Shown here: one piece after another, positions 27,722 to 36,176 of the stretch | Numbering within the stretch: position 1 is the stretch's first letter | Layout of the letters: each line of letters begins with the position of its first letter | Assembly (NCBI GenBank): GCA_020436225.1 | Contig: JAGQYE010000070.1 | Span: 16,975-80,974, forward strand | Origin: Bacteroidota bacterium | Lineage (GTDB): Bacteria; Bacteroidota; Bacteroidia; Chitinophagales; JADIYW01 | DNA length: 64,000 bases | Reading direction: 5' to 3' | Position numbers and translations under genes: made by a program | Notes under the pieces: generated by a model | What the model was told of the DNA's origin: nothing | Databases searched by the model: none | What the model saw: only the letters and a program-made list of their open reading frames with translations

Positions 27722-29050
27722 ATGAAACATGTTTACACTTTTTTAGTATTTCTTTCTTGTTATTTAGGAAATGCTTTAGCACAAACAGGAAATGTAGGTG
27801 TTGGTACATCAAGCCCCAATAGTTCTTCTATATTAGATATAACATCGAGTAATAAAGGACTTTTAGTGCCAAGAGTTGCATTAACAGGAACTACAGATGC
27901 ATCAACTATTAGTTCTCCGGCTACTTCGTTATTAGTATATAATACGGCTACTACAGGCACTGCTCCTTATAACGTTACGCCGGGATATTATTACAATGCA
28001 GGCACTACTACTTCTCCAAATTGGGTGCGTTTACAAACAAAAGGAGATAATGACTGGACAGTTGCAACTACAACATCAACGCCGGCAATAAAAACGGATA
28101 ATCAATATGTAACCGGAAAAGCTGGAATTGGAGACTTTTCATCTACAACACCTCAAAAAGCAATGCATATTAAACATACTTCCAATTCTGATGGTCTATT
28201 ATTGCAAAATAACACTGGCGGTGCAGGAAGTACAACAAATATCTTATTTTCTACATATTCAGATATTGGAGGCGTAAACAGACCTGGTGCTTCAATTAAA
28301 GCAGTCGATGGTGGTGGATATAGTGCAGATTTAATTTTTAGTACAAAAGTTCCTGGTGCAGACGCAAATTCATTAACAGAAAAAGTTTTATTTAAGTCAA
28401 ATGGAAATGTTCAAGTCAATGATTTAGCAGGAACAGGAAATCGCCCTGTTTCGGCAGACGCAAATGGTGTCTTGATTATAGGCAATAAGTTAAGAGAAAC
28501 TACTGTACACGATTTTTATCTACCTGACTATAAATCTTGCGGAGGTTGTGATAAATTTATGTGGTTTCCAAGACCCGGTGGAAGCAGTGGCGATGATGAA
28601 GATGATAACCCATTGTATGAAAGAAACATGTGGATTGCACCTTATAGCGGTCGTATAGTTTCCATTACTTTAGCTGTTGACCCAACAAGTAGTAATAGTG
28701 GTGTAGAAATTAGTAATGGTCGGTTTGTTTTTGAACACGATAATACACTTTCTGAGTCAGGAGTAAGTTATTATACTAATATGTCGAATGGTACTTATAC
28801 TAATACTTCTTTATGGAATGGAGGTGAATATACTACTGTCTATGGTTCGCCTTCATATACTATAAGTTCTCCTAATAGAGGTAGATTTAGTGTAAATGAA
28901 TCGCAAAAAATCAGGTGGGATAGCAAAGGTTCTACACTCTTTTCTTTTACAAAAGGACAAACATTAGCACTTGGGTTATCTGCAAACTACATTGAAGATA
29001 ATTCCTATCTTATAACCGTTGTTTGGGAATATGATGTTGATGATTATTAA
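27722..29050 (+). CDS. Hypothetical secreted protein with tail-fibre-like N-terminal repeats and an unknown C-terminal domain
   Basis: Signal peptide ending ALAQ. Motifs GNVGVGTSSP...LDI, LLVPRVALT, SLLVYNT, GKAGIGDF and ADANGVLI. The C-terminal 180 aa has CGGCDKF and an acidic stretch DDEDD. No T9SS CTD was recognised. Confidence 0.6.
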   Translation: MKHVYTFLVFLSCYLGNALAQTGNVGVGTSSPNSSSILDITSSNKGLLVPRVALTGTTDASTISSPATSLLVYNTATTGTAPYNVTPGYYYNAGTTTSPNWVRLQTKGDNDWTVATTTSTPAIKTDNQYVTGKAGIGDFSSTTPQKAMHIKHTSNSDGLLLQNNTGGAGSTTNILFSTYSDIGGVNRPGASIKAVDGGGYSADLIFSTKVPGADANSLTEKVLFKSNGNVQVNDLAGTGNRPVSADANGVLIIGNKLRETTVHDFYLPDYKSCGGCDKFMWFPRPGGSSGDDEDDNPLYERNMWIAPYSGRIVSITLAVDPTSSNSGVEISNGRFVFEHDNTLSESGVSYYTNMSNGTYTNTSLWNGGEYTTVYGSPSYTISSPNRGRFSVNESQKIRWDSKGSTLFSFTKGQTLALGLSANYIEDNSYLITVVWEYDVDDY

Positions 29051-29122
29051 AAAGATGTTTTAATTTACTCTTTGTTCAATTTGGAATAAAAAAGAACATT
29101 AAACTTGCAAATAAAACATAAA

Positions 29123-29150
29123 GTCATTCCCGCGGAAGCGTGAATCTCAT
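29123..29150. repeat. Short hairpin repeat unit GTCATTCCC-N-GAATCTCAT (degenerate copy)
   Basis: GTCATTCCCGCGGAAGCGTGAATCTCAT matches the 28-nt unit at 51219 at 24 of 28 positions. The internal stem carries one mismatch. Confidence 0.6.
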
Positions 29151-29184
29151 TAATATTACCACCTAACTATCTAACTACCAACTG

Positions 29185-29226
29185 GCGCAAGTATGCCGTT
29201 TAGCATTATGCGAGGCGTACTTGTGC
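29185..29226 (+). other. GC-rich 13-bp hairpin (possible RNA structure or distal terminator)
   Basis: GCGCAAGTATGCC pairs with GGCGTACTTGTGC across a 16-nt loop. The two non-Watson-Crick pairs are G-U on the plus strand and C-A on the minus strand. It is flanked by direct CCAACTGG repeats at 29178 and 29227. Confidence 0.4.
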
Positions 29227-29323
29227 CCAACTGGAAACTTCTTTTCTCGCCAAATCTTTTTTTGTTTATTACTATTTATAAACGTTCAAAAAAAAGTAGA
29301 ACCAAATCTTCATCCTTCAAAGC

Positions 29324-29352
29324 AAAAAAAAAGGCTGCTCCGAAGAGCAACC
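29324..29352 (-). terminator. Rho-independent terminator of the DUF1573 gene
   Basis: On the minus strand: GGTTGCTC-TTCG-GAGCAGCC (8-bp stem with one G-U pair and a UUCG loop) followed by T9. It lies 34 nt downstream of the stop at 29386. Confidence 0.8.
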
Positions 29353-29385
29353 ATAAAAATAAATACTATGAAAAGCTTTTGTTTT

Positions 29386-29883
29386 TTATTTAACCTTTGC
29401 AGGTGTTTTTACTGCAGGAGCTTTTGTTGGTGTTGGAATAATTGTAGCTGGTGTAGTTGTTGTTCCATCAGTTGCAGGAGCTTCAACAGTACCGCTAATT
29501 CTTAAAACAACAGGAGAGTTTTTAGCGTTAGAATTAATAGTTACACTTTTTGAGAACGCACCAATACGATGTGTGTCATAGTGAACTTTAATTTCAGATT
29601 TTTGTCCTGGCATAATTGGTTCTTTTGGATAAGTTGGAACTGTGCAACCACAAGAGCCATGTGCTTCACTGATAATTAATGGAGATTTACCTGTGTTCGT
29701 AAATGTGAAAGTTCTGTAACCGTCAGCATCTTGTTTAATGGTGCCATAATCGATTGCATCTTTTTCAAATACCATATTTGGTACATTAGGGTCTGGTGCA
29801 ACAGCAGGTGGAACAGTTGGACCATCAGCAAATACTGCAAAAGTACCTGCCATCATTGTAAGTGCTAAGAATAATTTTTTCAT
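29386..29883 (-). CDS. DUF1573 domain protein (secreted)
   Basis: Signal peptide, FTFTNTGKSPLIISEAHGSCGCTVP (the DUF1573 hallmark), and a Pro/Thr/Ala-rich C-terminal tail. Confidence 0.8.
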   Translation of the reverse strand: MKKLFLALTMMAGTFAVFADGPTVPPAVAPDPNVPNMVFEKDAIDYGTIKQDADGYRTFTFTNTGKSPLIISEAHGSCGCTVPTYPKEPIMPGQKSEIKVHYDTHRIGAFSKSVTINSNAKNSPVVLRISGTVEAPATDGTTTTPATIIPTPTKAPAVKTPAKVK

Positions 29884-30000
29884 GATTAATTTTTTTTGTT
29901 AACTAAAGCAAATGTAATACCAATTCTTATACTCAGTTTTAATTACGATAAATTTTAAGTATAGTTTAACAAAATAGACCTATTCTTTGAAAAACTAAGG

Positions 30001-30008
30001 TATATTTG
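30001..30008 (+). promoter_or_regulatory. -7 promoter box (TATATTTG)
   Basis: Exact TAnnTTTG match 14 nt before the ATG at 30023. Confidence 0.45.
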
Positions 30009-30022
30009 CATTAAAGAATAAC

Positions 30023-30682
30023 ATGAATCGATTTTTATTGTTTTTTTGTCTTTTACTGATTTCTTTTTCATTTGCTAAAGCCGAAGTTGGTGTGGTTGCA
30101 GGTGCTCGTGCAGGAATAAACTTTTCCCATCTTAGAAAATTTCAATCACCATCAGGATATAAAAATAGAGTAAACTTAGGAAGTGATATCGCTGGAACAT
30201 TACGTATTGATTTTAATAACTATATAGGTATCCAAACTGAAATTGAGTTTACCCAGAAAGGTCAATCCTGGAAAAGTAGCTTCGATTCTGCTAAATATGC
30301 AGAAAAATATGTAGTCAACTATGTACAGTTTCCTATTTTGGCAGTTGCAAGAGTTGGCTCTGAAAAAATAAAAGGAATTTTTCAACTCGGTCCTTATGTT
30401 TCTTATTGGTCAGGTGGCTACACTCAAAATTCTGTTAGCATTGATAAACAATCAAAAAATGCAACAACAACTAAAAAAGTTTTCACAAGCGATGATAGGC
30501 GAGTAGATGCCGGTATTATTGTTGGCGCCGGCGTTAATATTTTAAAAGGTAAAAATGGTGTTGAATTAGGATTGCGTTATAATGCCGGATTTATTGATAT
30601 GGATAAAACTCCAACCAAATCTTATACATCTACTTTTAATTTTTATGTTGGATATACTTATACTATCAAAGCAAAAGAATAA
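30023..30682 (+). CDS. Outer-membrane beta-barrel (porin-family) protein
   Basis: Signal peptide, alternating amphipathic beta-strand pattern, and an aromatic C-terminal region (FNFYVGYTYTI). Confidence 0.65.
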   Translation: MNRFLLFFCLLLISFSFAKAEVGVVAGARAGINFSHLRKFQSPSGYKNRVNLGSDIAGTLRIDFNNYIGIQTEIEFTQKGQSWKSSFDSAKYAEKYVVNYVQFPILAVARVGSEKIKGIFQLGPYVSYWSGGYTQNSVSIDKQSKNATTTKKVFTSDDRRVDAGIIVGAGVNILKGKNGVELGLRYNAGFIDMDKTPTKSYTSTFNFYVGYTYTIKAKE

Positions 30683-30710
30683 GGAGCAAATTTAATTGAA
30701 TAATTAGAGT

Positions 30711-31292
30711 TTATAACTTAATGCTGTCTAATTTTACTGTCCAGCCTAAATCCATATTTATAATTAACGGACATGCTGCATTATCAGCATATTCTATTTT
30801 ATAATTCAAATCGTCGTTAACTAAACTACGAGTAGATATATTGCCAATGTTTGTTTTTAATACATCAACATCATTCGATCTATAAAAGTTGGTAAATTCA
30901 GGATCATTGATGTCTAATTTTATTCTAACCGGATTTTCATTTTCAAACATTGCTTGACTTAAAAAAACACTTACTCTATCTTCCAGCTCGATGTCTTCAC
31001 CTGAAAAGAAATTATACATAGTTTCGGCTGCTTGCAACGCTTCGTCAGTCATAGTTACTTTTGCATTTTTTGGAGAAGAACTCATTAATGAATATTCAAA
31101 CGTAATTCCTTGTGGAAAATTTATCGATTCTAACTTGACAATAAATGCATAAGAGGTTGAGCCGGTATTGACCGTGTAATGTAATTCAGAGCCTTTTTTT
31201 AATTCAGTAGCTAAATCAGCAAAATTTTCTGTTTGAGCAAAACAAAAAGTTGATAAAAGGAAAAAGCTGAAAAGAAATAAGATGTTTTTCAT
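30711..31292 (-). CDS. Hypothetical secreted protein
   Basis: 193-aa ORF with a clear signal peptide (MKNILFLFSFFLLSTFCFAQ). No recognisable motif. Confidence 0.5.
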   Translation of the reverse strand: MKNILFLFSFFLLSTFCFAQTENFADLATELKKGSELHYTVNTGSTSYAFIVKLESINFPQGITFEYSLMSSSPKNAKVTMTDEALQAAETMYNFFSGEDIELEDRVSVFLSQAMFENENPVRIKLDINDPEFTNFYRSNDVDVLKTNIGNISTRSLVNDDLNYKIEYADNAACPLIINMDLGWTVKLDSIKL

Positions 31293-31418
31293 TTTGTTTA
31301 ATTTAAAGGTTTTTGAAAGAGTACTAACAAATTAAAATTACAATTTTTTTAGTTTTTAAGTGACATTATTTAATCGAATTTCAAGCTTATTTATAAAAAA
31401 TCATTTTTTTAATTATTG

Positions 31419-31426
31419 TATCTTTG
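31419..31426 (+). promoter_or_regulatory. -7 promoter box (TATCTTTG)
   Basis: Exact match. It overlaps the TTG at 31424 used by the ORF track, which argues for the ATG at 31439 as the real start. Confidence 0.45.
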
Positions 31427-31438
31427 TATAAAAACGAG

Positions 31439-31963
31439 ATGAAACGTTCTGAATTAACCATATTGCCTAAAGGTATTGAAGGATACGTAAATATTGTTGA
31501 TGATATTGAAGTAATAGAAGCATTAAATCTAAGTTTAAAAGAACTGCAAGAAATTCCATTAGATAAATGGCAAGCTTTAGGTGATAAAGTTTATGCACCG
31601 GGAAAATGGACTGCAAAACAATTATTACAACACGTTATCGACACAGAAAGAGTATTTGCGTATAGAGCTTTGGCATTTGCTCGTAAAGAAACTCAAACTT
31701 TAATTTCATTCGACGAAGATTTATATGCAGCTAACGCACCAACATCACATCGAACATTAGATGATATTTACAAAGAAGCTATTTTAGTGCGTCAATCGAC
31801 AATAGCATTATTTCTTTCATTTACTGAAGAAATGTTGCATATCATCGGCAAAAGTAGTATCAATACTTATTCTGTCGGTTCCATTGGTTTTGTAATTGCC
31901 GGACATCAACGTTGGCATTTTAAGGTATTAGGAGAACGCTATTTTCCTCTTTTAAATGCGTGA
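31439..31963 (+). CDS. DinB family protein
   Basis: Four-helix-bundle pattern with QLLQHVIDTERVFAYRAL and GHQRWH. About 175 aa. Confidence 0.75.
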   Translation: MKRSELTILPKGIEGYVNIVDDIEVIEALNLSLKELQEIPLDKWQALGDKVYAPGKWTAKQLLQHVIDTERVFAYRALAFARKETQTLISFDEDLYAANAPTSHRTLDDIYKEAILVRQSTIALFLSFTEEMLHIIGKSSINTYSVGSIGFVIAGHQRWHFKVLGERYFPLLNA

Positions 31964-31989
31964 TATATTCTTTTAATTATTTGTAAGAT

Positions 31990-32562
31990 ATGACGAATGA
32001 GTTGAGAAAATTCCTGAATGATTATGTTCAACTTCCATCCGAAGAAATGGACATTGTTGTATCTAAGTTTCATAAAAAATCTATCAAAAAAAATGATTTT
32101 GTTCTAAAACAAGGAGATGTTTGCAGTGATTTAATTTTTGTGCAGAATGGCTCTTTGCGTATGTACTATATTCAAGATGATGTCGAAATATCTGTTTGGT
32201 TTGCCTTAAAACATTCTTCTGCCATTGAGATTTATAGCTTTATTAGCGAAACGCCAACTAATTATTATATTCAAGCTATAGAAGATACAGAAATTTTGTA
32301 TTTACCCAAATCAATATTAAATACCTTGTATAAAACACATCCAAATCTTCAAGAATTAATGCGAAAATTTTGGGAAGATGTTATCTTACATTTATTAGAA
32401 AGATTTACAGCTCTGCAACGCAACACAGCCGAGCAGCGCTATTTAGATTTAATGAATAAACCTGAATTATTGCAAACTATTCCACAAAAATATTTGGCTT
32501 CTTTCATTGGCGTTACACCAACATCTTTAAGTCGGATTAAAAAACAATTGAAATATAAATAG
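31990..32562 (+). CDS. Crp/Fnr family transcriptional regulator
   Basis: cNMP-binding beta-roll and a C-terminal HTH (ASFIGVTPTSLSRIKK). 190 aa. Confidence 0.8.
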   Translation: MTNELRKFLNDYVQLPSEEMDIVVSKFHKKSIKKNDFVLKQGDVCSDLIFVQNGSLRMYYIQDDVEISVWFALKHSSAIEIYSFISETPTNYYIQAIEDTEILYLPKSILNTLYKTHPNLQELMRKFWEDVILHLLERFTALQRNTAEQRYLDLMNKPELLQTIPQKYLASFIGVTPTSLSRIKKQLKYK

Positions 32563-32628
32563 ACAATTTAAGATTTGTATGAAATTTATTTCTTGTCCTA
32601 TGGCAATTTTTGATTGATATAGATTAAA

Positions 32629-32636
32629 TATCTTTG
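32629..32636 (+). promoter_or_regulatory. -7 promoter box (TATCTTTG)
   Basis: Exact match 19 nt before the ahcY ATG. Confidence 0.5.
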
Positions 32637-32655
32637 TATCAAAATTAAAACAATT

Positions 32656-33984
32656 ATGTCAACAGCAACAGCATCTTCAATTGACTTTAGCTTAAAATAC
32701 AAAGTTAAAGATATGTCCTTAGCAGAATGGGGCAGAAAAGAAATTACATTAGCAGAAGCCGAAATGCCTGGATTAATGGCACTTCGTGAAGAATATGGTA
32801 AAGCTCAACCTTTAAAAGGCGCTCGTATCGCCGGTTGTTTACACATGACCATCCAAACTGCCGTATTAATCGAAACTTTAGTGGCTTTAGGCGCAGAAGT
32901 AAAATGGTCTTCTTGTAACATTTTCTCTACTCAAGACCATGCGGCAGCAGCTATTGCAGCAGCAGGAATTCCTGTTTTTGCTTGGAAAGGTTTAACTGAA
33001 GAAGAATTTGACTGGTGTATAGAACAAACATTATTTTTTGGTTCAGAAGATAGACCGTTAAATATGATTTTAGATGATGGTGGCGACTTAACAAACATGG
33101 TTTTCGACCGTTATCCTGAATTGGCAAAAGGTATCAAAGGATTATCAGAAGAAACAACAACAGGTGTTCATCGCTTGTATGAAAGAATGGAAAAAGGAAC
33201 ATTATTAATTCCGGCTATCAACATCAACGACTCCGTAACAAAATCTAAATTTGATAATAAATATGGTTGTCGCGAAAGTTGTGTAGATGCAATTCGTCGT
33301 GCTACAGATGTAATGATGGCAGGAAAAGTTGCCGTAGTTGCAGGTTATGGCGATGTTGGTAAAGGTTCTGCAGAATCTTTACGTGGAGCAGGTGCTCGTG
33401 TTATCATTACAGAAATCGACCCAATTTGCGCATTGCAAGCTGCGATGGAAGGTTTTGAAGTGAAGAAAATGGCTGATGCCGTTAAAGAAGCAGATATCAT
33501 CGTTACTACAACAGGTTGTAGAGATATCATTACAGGCAAACATTTCAAATCAATGAAAGATAAAACGATAGTTTGTAATATCGGTCACTTCGATATCGAA
33601 ATTGATGTTGCTTGGTTGAATAAAAATTACGGACACACTAAAAATACTATCAAACCTCAAGTAGATTTATATACAATTGAAGGAAAAGATATTATTTTAT
33701 TAGCAGAAGGAAGATTAGTCAACTTAGGTTGTGCAACCGGTCATCCATCTTTTGTAATGTCTAATTCATTCTCTAATCAAGTTATTGCTCAATTAGAGTT
33801 GTGGCAAAATGCTGATAAATACGAAAACAAAGTGTATATGTTGCCTAAACATTTAGATGAAAAAGTGGCGCGTTTACATTTGAAAAAAATAGGTGTGGAG
33901 TTAGATGAATTGACACCGGAACAAAGTGCGTACTTAAATATTCCGGTTGAAGGTCCATACAAACCAGAATACTATAGATATTAA
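32656..33984 (+). CDS. ahcY: Adenosylhomocysteinase
   Basis: [40 protein letters not shown] loop GYGDVGKG, and C-terminal [10 protein letters not shown]. Confidence 0.95.
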   Translation: MSTATASSIDFSLKYKVKDMSLAEWGRKEITLAEAEMPGLMALREEYGKAQPLKGARIAGCLHMTIQTAVLIETLVALGAEVKWSSCNIFSTQDHAAAAIAAAGIPVFAWKGLTEEEFDWCIEQTLFFGSEDRPLNMILDDGGDLTNMVFDRYPELAKGIKGLSEETTTGVHRLYERMEKGTLLIPAININDSVTKSKFDNKYGCRESCVDAIRRATDVMMAGKVAVVAGYGDVGKGSAESLRGAGARVIITEIDPICALQAAMEGFEVKKMADAVKEADIIVTTTGCRDIITGKHFKSMKDKTIVCNIGHFDIEIDVAWLNKNYGHTKNTIKPQVDLYTIEGKDIILLAEGRLVNLGCATGHPSFVMSNSFSNQVIAQLELWQNADKYENKVYMLPKHLDEKVARLHLKKIGVELDELTPEQSAYLNIPVEGPYKPEYYRY

Positions 33985-34005
33985 TAAGAAGCATCAATAA
34001 AAATG

Positions 34006-34040
34006 AAAAAATCCTGAATTAATTTTCAGGATTTTTTTTG
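34006..34040 (+). terminator. Rho-independent terminator of ahcY
   Basis: AAAAAATCCTGAA-TTAATT-TTCAGGATTTTTTTT. The core stem is 8-9 bp and is followed by T8. Confidence 0.8.
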
Positions 34041-34097
34041 TTACATTAAAAATAGTTTAAGTAAGATTTCGACATTTTTGAAATTGAAATAATATTC

Positions 34098-34105
34098 TAT
34101 CTTTG
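34098..34105 (+). promoter_or_regulatory. -7 promoter box (TATCTTTG) for tRNA-His
   Basis: Exact match 23 nt upstream of the tRNA 5' end. Confidence 0.45.
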
Positions 34106-34128
34106 CAATCCAGTTCTTGAAATTAAAT

Positions 34129-34206
34129 GGACATCGTAGCTCAGTTGGTTAGAGCATCGGATTGTGGTTCCGAGGGTCGTGGGTTCGAACCCCATCGATG
34201 TCCCCA
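34129..34206 (+). tRNA. tRNA-His (anticodon GTG), genomically encoded G-1 and CCA
   Basis: Hand-folded cloverleaf. The 8-bp acceptor stem GGACATCG/CGATGTCC includes G-1:C73. D stem GCTC/GAGC. Anticodon arm TCGGA-TTGTGGT-TCCGA. T arm GTGGG-TTCGAAC-CCCAT. CCA at 34204-34206. Confidence 0.9.
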
Positions 34207-34215
34207 TTTTTTATA

Positions 34216-35367
34216 TTATTTTCCTTTTAATAAATCTTCTAAGTCAGCATTATCTTCGCCCATTAAAGGTGCGCCCCAACTTGGTTTTGCAGGCGTTCCA
34301 GAAAATTTGAATGGTTGATTTATGCCTTTTAGTTTCCCGTAATCACTGTGTTCTACCTCAACAAACATTTCGCGGTCATTTAGATGTTTATCTTGTTCCA
34401 CTTCGTCCATTTCTAAAATTGGCGTTAAACAAACATCTAACGGATTTGCAATTTCCACCCATTCATCTCTTGTTTTCGTAATGAAAATTTCTTGTAAATC
34501 TTGTTTGAGTTTTTCTACTTCTTCCGGAATTGGCATCATTCTCGGCATCCAATCCGGTTTGTTGAGCATCATACAGACACCTTGCCAAAATTTAGGTTCT
34601 AAAGAGCCTAAGGCTATCCATTTCTCATCTTTGCATTTATAAATGTGATAATTGGCCATGCCGCCACTCAACATAGGTTCGCCTCTTTTTAGTTTAATAT
34701 CAGTATTCAGCGATTCGCCAAATTGCATGGAAAGTAAAGGCATTACACAATCGGTCATGGCAACATCTACAAATTGGCCTTTACTCGTTCTTTCACGTGC
34801 CCATAATGCCGATAAACAAGCAACAACAGTTGGGTAACTACCGCCGGCAACATCGGCGACTTGACACGCCGGCACAATAGGTTTTTCTTTGTCGCCGGTC
34901 AATCCTAAAATTCCGGAATAGCCTAAGTAATTCATATCGTGTCCGGCCTTATCTTTATATGAACCTGTATAGCCATAACCGGTAACGGCAACATAAATTA
35001 TTTTTGGATTATGCTGACAAGCGGCTTCATAATCGATGCCCATTTTTTGTAGAACGCCGGGACGAAATGAATCAACAACGATGTCGGCTGTTTTTACTAA
35101 TTGGAAAAATTTTTCTTTTCCTTCATCCGATTTTAAATCTAAAGTAATGGATAATTTACTTCTGTTGATGCTGAGATAATTGAGCGAAAGAGAGCCTTTT
35201 AAAGGTGGAAAAAATCGCGTATAATCAGGCGCTTTCGGGTCTTCAATTTTAATAACTTCGGCTCCTAAATCAGCCAACATTTGTGTGGCTAAAGGTCCCG
35301 GTAATAATCTGCTTAAATCTAAAATGCGTATTCCTTGAAGTGGACCTTGTTGTGGTTTTCTTGCCAT
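34216..35367 (-). CDS. CaiB/BaiF family (class III) CoA-transferase / racemase-like protein
   Basis: GIRILDLSRLLPGPLATQMLADLGAEVIKIE and GHDMNYLGYSG. 383 aa. Confidence 0.85.
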   Translation of the reverse strand: MARKPQQGPLQGIRILDLSRLLPGPLATQMLADLGAEVIKIEDPKAPDYTRFFPPLKGSLSLNYLSINRSKLSITLDLKSDEGKEKFFQLVKTADIVVDSFRPGVLQKMGIDYEAACQHNPKIIYVAVTGYGYTGSYKDKAGHDMNYLGYSGILGLTGDKEKPIVPACQVADVAGGSYPTVVACLSALWARERTSKGQFVDVAMTDCVMPLLSMQFGESLNTDIKLKRGEPMLSGGMANYHIYKCKDEKWIALGSLEPKFWQGVCMMLNKPDWMPRMMPIPEEVEKLKQDLQEIFITKTRDEWVEIANPLDVCLTPILEMDEVEQDKHLNDREMFVEVEHSDYGKLKGINQPFKFSGTPAKPSWGAPLMGEDNADLEDLLKGK

Positions 35368-35392
35368 TTTTATGCTTGTTTATGTTTATTTT

Positions 35393-36118
35393 TTAGTTAC
35401 TCTTGTCGGCGAAGCCAAATACTTTTTTCAATAAATCAGATGTACGAGCCAAAGGATTTTCTCTAATTTTATTTTCTTCTTTTTCTACCATTTTAAAAAC
35501 GCCGTCTAATGCTTTTTCGGTTACAAAGCCCGTTAAATCGGTGTTTACCTGTTTTACAAATGGAATTTTATTATAAATAGATGTAGCATCAGTCCAATAT
35601 TTAGTAGCATTTACTTGACCAAGAGAATTATCGATAATCGGCCTGAATTTTTCTGTTAGAATTGGAGTGGCTGCCTTTTTTAAATAGGCGGTTCCTGCGC
35701 CTTTCCCTCCGGTTATAATATTCAGTGCATCTTTTACTGTCATTTGTTTTATCACATCAATAAAAACATCAATGGCGACGCCAGAGGCTTTTTCTGCTGC
35801 TCTATTCAATGAAGTAGTAACATTGTCCACTTGTTTTTGCATGCCCAAGTTGAGCATCGCAGTTTTAACTTTTTCGGCTTCTGAAGGCCAAGGAATTTTC
35901 ACTAAATCATTTCCAAGAAATCCATCTTTTTGAGAAAGCAAACCCATGCCTTTGGTAATACCAATGCTTAAGGCTTCTTTTAAACCTTGTCCGGCTTCTT
36001 GTTCGGTTGGTGCTCCGGTGCTACTGCCTAAAACAGCACTTACAGTATTTTGTATTTGCTGTGCAGTACATCCAAATAATAAAATGGAAACTAAAAAAAT
36101 ACCTAGAAACTTTTTCAT
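35393..36118 (-). CDS. DUF4197 domain lipoprotein
   Basis: Lipobox LLFGC. EAGQGLKEALSIG...VKIPWP pattern typical of DUF4197. Confidence 0.75.
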   Translation of the reverse strand: MKKFLGIFLVSILLFGCTAQQIQNTVSAVLGSSTGAPTEQEAGQGLKEALSIGITKGMGLLSQKDGFLGNDLVKIPWPSEAEKVKTAMLNLGMQKQVDNVTTSLNRAAEKASGVAIDVFIDVIKQMTVKDALNIITGGKGAGTAYLKKAATPILTEKFRPIIDNSLGQVNATKYWTDATSIYNKIPFVKQVNTDLTGFVTEKALDGVFKMVEKEENKIRENPLARTSDLLKKVFGFADKSN

Positions 36119-36176
36119 TATAATTTGTTTATTTGTATGAATAATAGCTTCAATAATAGGAATAAAAATTTGAAAA

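Noticed and set aside
29193-29505. Plus-strand ORFs 29193-29393 and 29221-29505
   Set aside because: They run through the DUF1573 terminator hairpin and antisense into the DUF1573 gene. Their translations are poly-Lys/Ser or Cys-rich low-complexity sequence.
32563-32655. Possible SAH riboswitch upstream of ahcY
   Set aside because: The leader is only about 20 nt beyond the predicted -7 box. The upstream spacer is AT-rich and lacks the GC-rich pseudoknot helices of SAH riboswitches.
34127-34318. 63-aa ORF MDIVAQLVRASDCGSEGRGFEPH...
   Set aside because: It is the translation of the tRNA-His gene itself (the classic VAQLVRA...GFEP artefact) running into the antisense of the CoA-transferase gene.
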